Origin: a virus | Reading direction: 5' to 3' (one strand) | Length of the DNA stretch: 64,000 bases | IMG/VR virus record: IMGVR_UViG_3300005265_000001 | Location: 32,001 to 96,000 of that record | Shown here: piece by piece, positions 57,454 to 64,000 of the stretch | Layout: every line of letters starts with the position of its first letter | Numbering within the stretch: position 1 is the stretch's first letter | Made by a program: the position numbers and the translations under genes | Notes under the pieces: model-generated | Database searches by the model: none | Told to the model about the DNA's origin: nothing | Seen by the model: only the letters and a program-made list of their open reading frames with translations

Positions 57454-58967
57454 ACATATATGGATTTAGCACAATAGGACCCGCAACACCCAAAGAATAT
57501 AGTATTAATTTGGGCGATTGGGAAATTATTGATATACCTTTTGATGTGGATAAAGAAGAGGCAAAAAGATATATTTCCAATTTTTTGGATAAAATAGTTG
57601 CCATTGAAATGCCCACTTCATTACAATGTAATTTGAGGTGTAAATATTGTTATATTACTAATCCGAAATATAAAAATACGGTGGTAAAATCAAGTCAAAT
57701 AGAAAAAATTATCAATAATGTTAAGAATTTGCTTCCAAACTTCAAAGAAAATTCTAAGGAAAAGATATATTTTACACCTTGGGGGGCGGAACCCCTTATC
57801 AATATTAATACAATTGAGGTAATTTATAACAAAATTAAAGAGTTCAATTATAAAAATGTCACAATGAATTTTTCCACAAATGCTACGATATTAAACGAAA
57901 AAGTAAAAGATATTCTTTATAAATTGATTGATAAGGATATAATTAAAGATATTCAAGTTTCTATTGATGGTCCACCCGATATTCAAAACTATTATAGGCC
58001 ATTTTTAAATGATTCTCCAAGTTTTGATTCTGTTGTTGAATTTGTAAAATGGATAAAAGAAATAGAAAGAGAGAAAAAGAAAAAAATTTTGCATTTTTGT
58101 TCTACCATTTATTTAAGAGACGAAAATTTTATTAATGATTGGTATAAGGCAACAGATTTTTTCTCAGATAAAGATAATGAACTATTTTTTACACAGGTTA
58201 TGCCGTCACGTATGAGTGGTGAGGATTTAACAAATGATGAAATGGTGGAAATTTTTGTTGAAGCCATGAGACAAAGCACGGATTTACTTACTAAAAAGGC
58301 TAAAAACCAAAATATTGGGTTAGTTGATTTTTATACAAATAAATTGTTTGGTATTCCTTCGGCGTGTAGTAGAACAGCATATCCTTATTGTTCCGCTTTA
58401 AATACTCAAATTGCAATTGATTTGGATGGATCATTATATCCATGTCACGGTCCTATAACAAATCCAATAAACGAAAAACCGTGGGTATGGTTTGGAAACA
58501 TTTTTGAAAAAAAGATATCATATAGAAGACTAAAAAGGGCAATTTTTTCATTATACGGTGGAACAATTTTTAAAGGGAAATGCAATGATTGTATTATTTA
58601 TCAATTAACTCGATCCCCTATTTGTTGGAGTTGTTATTCTCATAATTTGGCAGTTTCAAATGAACCTTTAACAGATAGTATTTATAGATGTTTTGCCTTT
58701 AATAAATCATTTAAATATTGGTTGATTCAAGCACTTGTATCTATTGAAAATTCTTATGTTTTTCCATTATTAACTAAAAAAATGATAGAGTTTTTGGGTA
58801 TTGAAAAAATTGAATCTAATGTAAAAAATAAGATATCATATAAAACTTCAAGTAAATATACATACGGTTATGATGGGGTTTTGGTAAATGCCTGTAAAAA
58901 AATGGAAAAAAATATTAGTTTTGGTGGATATGTTTCTGAATGGTGGCGAATGGATGATTTTAATTAA
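57441..58967 (+). CDS. Radical SAM/SPASM maturase 2
   Basis: CNLRCKYC, WGAEP, STNA, SIDGP; YCSAL..DGSLYPCH..GNI..CNDC..CWSC..C. Confidence 0.92.
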   Translation: MWDLNIYGFSTIGPATPKEYSINLGDWEIIDIPFDVDKEEAKRYISNFLDKIVAIEMPTSLQCNLRCKYCYITNPKYKNTVVKSSQIEKIINNVKNLLPNFKENSKEKIYFTPWGAEPLININTIEVIYNKIKEFNYKNVTMNFSTNATILNEKVKDILYKLIDKDIIKDIQVSIDGPPDIQNYYRPFLNDSPSFDSVVEFVKWIKEIEREKKKKILHFCSTIYLRDENFINDWYKATDFFSDKDNELFFTQVMPSRMSGEDLTNDEMVEIFVEAMRQSTDLLTKKAKNQNIGLVDFYTNKLFGIPSACSRTAYPYCSALNTQIAIDLDGSLYPCHGPITNPINEKPWVWFGNIFEKKISYRRLKRAIFSLYGGTIFKGKCNDCIIYQLTRSPICWSCYSHNLAVSNEPLTDSIYRCFAFNKSFKYWLIQALVSIENSYVFPLLTKKMIEFLGIEKIESNVKNKISYKTSSKYTYGYDGVLVNACKKMEKNISFGGYVSEWWRMDDFN

Positions 58968-58992
58968 ATTATTATTTTGAGGTGTTTGTAGA

Positions 58993-59442
58993 ATGGGTTA
59001 TACGTGGACGGATGAGACTTTAGATTCCGATGATGATATTAGAACGTTTCATGTTTCTGAATTAAGAACAAATCTTAATAATGAACGTAACAGAAGAAGT
59101 ATGACTCAATTTAGTTGGACAGATGATCCATTGGATTCAGATACTAAGATAAAAACCGTTCACATAAATGAATTACGAAATGGTTGTGATACAACACCTG
59201 TAAATACAGGGTGTTCTGCGGAAAAAGGAAGCTACTATTCCGATAATGATTCAACTGTATATTCAGATAAAGATGCTACGATTCATTCTGATGAAAATAC
59301 TGGAATAAATTCCGGAAGAGATGTTACGGTGTATAACGGGAGAGATGGGAGCTATCATAATGGATTTGATAGTGACCAATGCGGAACAGATTATGGGGGC
59401 GATGATAGTGATAAAAATAGCGGGATTCATAATGTGGGGTAA
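58993..59442 (+). CDS. Putative rSAM substrate 1: two leader-like domains + tetrad-repeat core
   Basis: Two copies of WTD..L......H..ELR, then 19 tetrads. Confidence 0.65.
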   Translation: MGYTWTDETLDSDDDIRTFHVSELRTNLNNERNRRSMTQFSWTDDPLDSDTKIKTVHINELRNGCDTTPVNTGCSAEKGSYYSDNDSTVYSDKDATIHSDENTGINSGRDVTVYNGRDGSYHNGFDSDQCGTDYGGDDSDKNSGIHNVG

Positions 59443-59445
59443 AAA

Positions 59446-59787
59446 ATGAGTTGGACAGATGACCCTCTTACAGCGGAACTTACAAAAGTAAAAACAATTC
59501 ATATAATTGAATTAAGAAATGCTATTGATGATTTAAGTGAGGGTTGTGTTTCTTATAATAGTTCTTATGATTCGGATAAAGACGCCACAGTTGATTCAAG
59601 TAAAAATAATACGGTAGATTCTACACAATATTCTGGGGCCGATTCATCTCAAAATAGTTCGGCGGATTCCACAAAAGATAATTCAGTAGATGGCACAAAC
59701 TGGAACACAGATTATTATGCTAATCATGGAACTCACCACAATTCATGGTGTTCTGGAAACTACACAGATAGGTGTATAGGATATTAA
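59446..59787 (+). CDS. Putative rSAM substrate 2: one leader-like domain + tetrad-repeat core
   Basis: SWTDDPL...KTIHIIELRN, then 20 tetrads. Confidence 0.65.
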   Translation: MSWTDDPLTAELTKVKTIHIIELRNAIDDLSEGCVSYNSSYDSDKDATVDSSKNNTVDSTQYSGADSSQNSSADSTKDNSVDGTNWNTDYYANHGTHHNSWCSGNYTDRCIGY

Positions 59788-59815
59788 ATTTAATGAATAT
59801 GATTGTTTGTAACAT

Positions 59816-59838
59816 GGGGATGTCAATCCCCTTTTTTT
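59816..59838 (+). terminator. Intrinsic terminator closing the rSAM operon
   Basis: gggga-tgtcaa-tcccc followed by a T-run. Confidence 0.7.
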
Positions 59839-59843
59839 ATGTC

Positions 59844-59854
59844 TTTATATTATT
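59844..59854 (+). promoter_or_regulatory. Candidate late-promoter motif
   Basis: TTTATATTATT about 30 nt upstream of 59884. Confidence 0.5.
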
Positions 59855-59883
59855 TTTCAAAAATTGTGAGTTAGATACTTAAA

Positions 59884-62800
59884 ATGCCCGATATTTATCC
59901 AAGTTCTCTAAATTCAAATACAAGTTTTTCTTTTAATTTGGGCGGAGATTTTTTAAAATATAGAAGCCTTACAATAGAGAGTAAGGATGTTGAAATTGAT
60001 ATTGATCCAATTATTTCAAACGTTGAATTAACATATTCTATTGAAGTATCTGATTTTTATTTGGGTTTAAGTTCTGAAATATCATTTAATTTTGTGGTTG
60101 GATTTTCTAATATAAATCCCACTTTAACAAGTTATTCTAATCTGTTTTCAGATTTGACATTAAAAGATTTTCAACTTAATTCGTATTCCAATTTATCATA
60201 TTTACTTGATGGAGATTTTTTAAAATATCGAAGTCTTGTTTTACGGGCATATAATGTAATAATCGAAGATAACACTGAAATAGAATCAAATGTAAGTGTT
60301 GATTTTGATGTAAATATAGAAAATGAAACAGATATTTTTTCTACTAATACAAACATAAATTTTCAAAATATTGATATCATTTTTCAAGCCGAAATATTAA
60401 ATTCAATAAGTCAAATAATCACTGAAATTGAGTTAATAAAATCAGTTGATTTACTTTCTACGAATACACTTTTTAGATTTGATGGAACTGCTACTGGAAA
60501 TGTGGTAATTTCGGACTTATTACAGACTCAGGCTGATTTACTATATTCTAAAATAGTAACTGGAAATGCAATTGCAAGTGAAACACTTGATTCCAATTCC
60601 AAATTATTTTATTCTGGACTTATTAACAATAGTGTTGTAATAAATGCCACAAGTTTAGGCACAAATGTAATTTTAGATTTTGTAGAATATACTGAAAAAG
60701 TTGCAAAAACCTTAAATAGTCAAACTCATTTATCTGTTTCAAGTCCTGTTATTGATAAAGTATTAAGAAATTTTATTATCCAAACCAATTCAAGCATAGT
60801 ATTTTCTTTTGTAAAAGGCATTTCAATTTCAAATAATATTTTTGAATCTGATTCTCAATTATCGTTTAATTATGCTATTGGTAAGGTTGTCTCAGATTTT
60901 CAATTAAATGTTGATTCTGATTTGTCATATTCCGGCGTGGCTACCGATATAGTAATTGATTCCGAAAAACTTGATGCGGTTTCGGAACTTAATTATGGTG
61001 GTGTTGTAACTGGAAATGTCATAAGCAACTTTTTGTTAGAGGTATCAAGTGATTTAATTTATAGTAATTTTGTAATTGATACAATAGTAAATACCATTCC
61101 TTTAATTTCAAATGTCAATTTGTTGTCTTCTTTTGTGATTGGAACGTCAATTACAGCAAATTCGATGGGATTAGATACTGAAATTGACTTTAATTATGTG
61201 GTTGGAACGGTTGTAAGAAATTTTAATTTAGATTCGGTATCTGAAATATCATTTTCAAGTGTTTTTCGTGATACTATAATAGAAGTTCAGGAATTAAATT
61301 CCAATACTTCTTTACAATTTGATTCAGTAATTATTGGAAATGTTGTTTCTAATTTTCTATTTGAAACGTTAAGTGAAATAGATTTTGGTCTATTTATTGA
61401 CAATGTTGTAAGCAATTTTAATTTAGATTCAACTTCTTATTTAGATTTTTCTAATCTTTTGATTGATACTGCCATAACACCTAATATATTAAATTCATTG
61501 GTTTCAAATGTCTTTGATTATGCGGTTGGAAAGGTTTTAAAGGATTGGTTATTACAAACTGTTTCAGATATTAACTTTCATGTTGTGGTTGGTAGTGTCG
61601 TTTCAAATTTTACGTTTGGCACTAATACTTTCTTAACATTTTTGAAAACTGTAATTGGAAATGTTGTTACAGTAGATAGTTTAAATGTTGATCTTGATAT
61701 TGATTTTAATATTGTAAAGGGGCATGTTTTAAGAAGTGGTGTTTTATCTACCAATTCCAAACTGAATTTTGAGAAGATTGTAGATGTTAGCATACCTCAA
61801 AACTCCATTGAAACAAATTGTAATATTGGTTTTGATGGTGTTGTAACTGGTATAGCAATTCAAAATAATGTTTTTGATGGGTTTGTAAATATTTTTTATG
61901 ATTCTATTAGGGTTGGAACGGTTGTAAGAAATTTTGATTTAATATCAAATTCAAATATTTTGTTTTCAAATTTAATAGTAGATGTAATAATATCAAAAAA
62001 TAATGAGATATTAAGCAATTCTGATTTATTGTATCAATCGATAGTTACTGGAAATGTGTTAATTGTAAACGAAATTGAAAGCAATTCTACTATTAATTTT
62101 CAAAATATTGCAATTGGAAAAGTAATACATTCAGATGTTACTAATGTTTATACTGATATAAATTCAACTTTTGTAATTGGAAATGTTGTTAAAGATTTTG
62201 ATTTATTGAGTGATACTACAATTTCTTTTGAAAAAATAATCATTGATACTGTAATTGACAATAATATTCAAACAACACAAACCGAAATTAACTTTGGAAA
62301 TATCGAAATATCTGTTTTCGATATTGTTTTAAATTCGGCGGCTTCTTTAATATCTATTCCTGAAATTGAAGTAGATGGAAACATAATAGAATCGGCAACA
62401 AGTCAATCTTTTCAAAACATACAAATTGAGTTTGAAATAAGTCAAATTGATTCTTTTACAAATATATTGTTCGATTTTTATATTGATAGAATTATAAAAA
62501 ATAATTTCTTAGACACTGTTTCGGAAATTTCAAATGTTTTTTATGTAGATAAGATATTTACAGATAATAAATTAGAGACAAACGGTGAAATAACTTTTGG
62601 ATTCTATGTTGATGTTGTATTAGATAACAATGTAATTACCTCAAATTCACAATTAAATAACACCTATGAATTACAATTTATTCCAAAGGCACTTGAAACA
62701 GAAGGATCAATTTCATTTAATTTTATCATAGATATTTATTTGTATTTAGATAATTTGGAAAGTTTTGTTAATTTATATATTGACATTATTCAAAAAGACT

Positions 62801-63258
62801 TTTTATTGTGGATTTATTCATTTCTTTCATATACAGGGCGGCTTGATTTTACTGAATTATGTAATATTTTCAATGTTTACAAAGAGGACAGGAAATTTTC
62901 AGTTGAAAGAGAAGATAGGACCTATCACATTTATGCTGAAACATATTCACAAGAAATTGAAATTCAAAACATTTTTAGAATCCAAAAAGAAAACAGAACC
63001 TACCATATCTATGCTGAAACATATTCACAAGAAATTGAAATTCAAAACATTTTTAGAATTGAAAGAGAAGATAGGACCTATCACATTTATGCCGATACAA
63101 TTTCCCAAGAAATTGAATTGATTGATATTTTCAAAATACCAAAAGAAAATAGGGTATTTAAGATTTTTTCGGAGAATAGAGTATTTGAAATATCCAAAAT
63201 TGATAGAATTTTTAATGTATTCAAACGGACTAAAGTTTATAAATTATTATGCAAATGA
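59884..63258 (+). CDS. 1124-aa degenerate-repeat protein, putative virion fibre
   Basis: Recurrent G.VV..F.L.S.S.I.F units similar to the N-terminal parts of 28329, 31538 and 33437. Confidence 0.6.
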   Translation: MPDIYPSSLNSNTSFSFNLGGDFLKYRSLTIESKDVEIDIDPIISNVELTYSIEVSDFYLGLSSEISFNFVVGFSNINPTLTSYSNLFSDLTLKDFQLNSYSNLSYLLDGDFLKYRSLVLRAYNVIIEDNTEIESNVSVDFDVNIENETDIFSTNTNINFQNIDIIFQAEILNSISQIITEIELIKSVDLLSTNTLFRFDGTATGNVVISDLLQTQADLLYSKIVTGNAIASETLDSNSKLFYSGLINNSVVINATSLGTNVILDFVEYTEKVAKTLNSQTHLSVSSPVIDKVLRNFIIQTNSSIVFSFVKGISISNNIFESDSQLSFNYAIGKVVSDFQLNVDSDLSYSGVATDIVIDSEKLDAVSELNYGGVVTGNVISNFLLEVSSDLIYSNFVIDTIVNTIPLISNVNLLSSFVIGTSITANSMGLDTEIDFNYVVGTVVRNFNLDSVSEISFSSVFRDTIIEVQELNSNTSLQFDSVIIGNVVSNFLFETLSEIDFGLFIDNVVSNFNLDSTSYLDFSNLLIDTAITPNILNSLVSNVFDYAVGKVLKDWLLQTVSDINFHVVVGSVVSNFTFGTNTFLTFLKTVIGNVVTVDSLNVDLDIDFNIVKGHVLRSGVLSTNSKLNFEKIVDVSIPQNSIETNCNIGFDGVVTGIAIQNNVFDGFVNIFYDSIRVGTVVRNFDLISNSNILFSNLIVDVIISKNNEILSNSDLLYQSIVTGNVLIVNEIESNSTINFQNIAIGKVIHSDVTNVYTDINSTFVIGNVVKDFDLLSDTTISFEKIIIDTVIDNNIQTTQTEINFGNIEISVFDIVLNSAASLISIPEIEVDGNIIESATSQSFQNIQIEFEISQIDSFTNILFDFYIDRIIKNNFLDTVSEISNVFYVDKIFTDNKLETNGEITFGFYVDVVLDNNVITSNSQLNNTYELQFIPKALETEGSISFNFIIDIYLYLDNLESFVNLYIDIIQKDFLLWIYSFLSYTGRLDFTELCNIFNVYKEDRKFSVEREDRTYHIYAETYSQEIEIQNIFRIQKENRTYHIYAETYSQEIEIQNIFRIEREDRTYHIYADTISQEIELIDIFKIPKENRVFKIFSENRVFEISKIDRIFNVFKRTKVYKLLCK
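62903..63120 (+). repeat. 78-bp tandem repeat, about 3 copies (RTYHIYAETYSQEIEIQNIFRI)
   Basis: ttgaaagagaagataggacctatcacatttatgc at 62903 and 63059, with an intermediate copy. Confidence 0.85.
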
Positions 63259-64000
63259 ACAGAAAAACACTAAAATTTTTGATTATTTTAATACTATTTT
63301 TGGTTGGATGCGCTCACAAAAAACCACATGATAGACCTTCCAACTATGCCCATAGGTATATAGATGGTGTGAATTTATTTGTTTTTGAATCCGAAATAAA
63401 TGATGTTGATTTATTGATTGCAAAACATATTAGAGCGGTTCGATTACCAATTAGATATGAATTTCAAACTAAAACGTGTCAATATATTGATAAATTTTTA
63501 AGTCATGGTGTTACAGTTTTATTAACTTTTGATTTAACTGAAAATGATAGAAAATTCCAAAAAGCAATTGATTTTTATTTAAAACGATACGGAAACAGAG
63601 TTTTTTATGAGATTTTTAATGAGCCTTGGGCATATAATGGAAATCCTGGTTACAAAAAATTTGATTCAACTGAACGAATTTTTGTGGAACAAACAAGATG
63701 GATTGATTATATTCATTCAAAATGTCCTAATTGTAAGACATTAAACGGTGGAATTGCTGATTTTTGTAATGATATTGAAATGGATTTATTGTTAAAATAT
63801 GTGGAAAGAGGCCACCAAGATATTTTTTCAATCCATATTTACGGATATTGTGAAAATGCTTTGATATCCAAAATAAACATGATGAAAAAAACAGGCAAAA
63901 AAATATGGATAACTGAAATCGGAACAACAGGAAACAAAGAAAATTACATAAATACATATTTTCCCAACATTGTAAAAATAGTTCAACCCGAAAAATTGAT
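63255..64000 (+). CDS. Lipoprotein glycoside hydrolase, clan GH-A (GH5-like), truncated at the window end
   Basis: Manual translation: lipobox LFLVG-C, AVRLPI, YEIFNEPW (acid/base), SIHIY, IWITEIG (nucleophile); absent from the ORF track because it has no stop codon. Confidence 0.8.
   Translation, partial: MNRKTLKFLIILILFLVGCAHKKPHDRPSNYAHRYIDGVNLFVFESEINDVDLLIAKHIRAVRLPIRYEFQTKTCQYIDKFLSHGVTVLLTFDLTENDRKFQKAIDFYLKRYGNRVFYEIFNEPWAYNGNPGYKKFDSTERIFVEQTRWIDYIHSKCPNCKTLNGGIADFCNDIEMDLLLKYVERGHQDIFSIHIYGYCENALISKINMMKKTGKKIWITEIGTTGNKENYINTYFPNIVKIVQPEKL

Noticed and set aside
58993-59787. Classic sactipeptide/ranthipeptide bacteriocin cluster
   Set aside because: Only three Cys per peptide, no repeated CX3D motif, and no protease, transporter or immunity genes nearby
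39-63957. Minus-strand and short nested ORFs in the track (for example 39-326, 31519-31815, 62765-63121)
   Set aside because: They are shadows of longer + strand genes, with no motifs or RBS; the repeats in them mirror the coding repeats
1-64000. Stop-codon reassignment
   Set aside because: Conserved genes are full length in the standard code, and TAA, TAG and TGA all end genes at sensible positions

Overview
AT-rich segment, coded almost entirely on the + strand, of a large contractile-tailed (myovirus/jumbo-like) bacteriophage or prophage. No capsid, terminase, replication, rRNA, tRNA or CRISPR features were recognised. (1) ~1-8.6 kb: six genes share a near-identical 20-aa basic N-terminal leader (HKYLRKY[KR]GK[NG]GKW[VI]YIYKE). 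The leader is fused to different enzyme-like domains: three JAB/MPN, one ADP-ribosyltransferase, one phosphoribosyltransferase and one DUF3626-like. Small partner ORFs and consensus sigma70 promoters are interspersed. This looks like a polymorphic effector array with a shared targeting tag. (2) ~8.6-13.2 kb: beta-helix/Kelch proteins, a GT4-like glycosyltransferase and a leaderless JAB. (3) 13.3-41.3 kb: tail and baseplate module with sheath, tube, chaperones, tape measure, LysM, hub, spike, baseplate J, two gp25-fusion cassettes, gpI-like wedge, DUF4815-like protein and a His-rich fibre. (4) 41.3-55.8 kb: a lipoprotein, five Kelch proteins sharing one adaptor module, an amidase and other virion/lysis genes. 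(5) 55.8-59.8 kb: two radical SAM/SPASM enzymes followed by two leader-plus-core peptides with strict 4-residue periodicity, a RiPP-like system inside the late region. (6) 59.9-64 kb: a repeat-rich 1124-aa protein and a truncated clan-A glycoside hydrolase lipoprotein. All family assignments come from motif recognition by eye, not from database searches.
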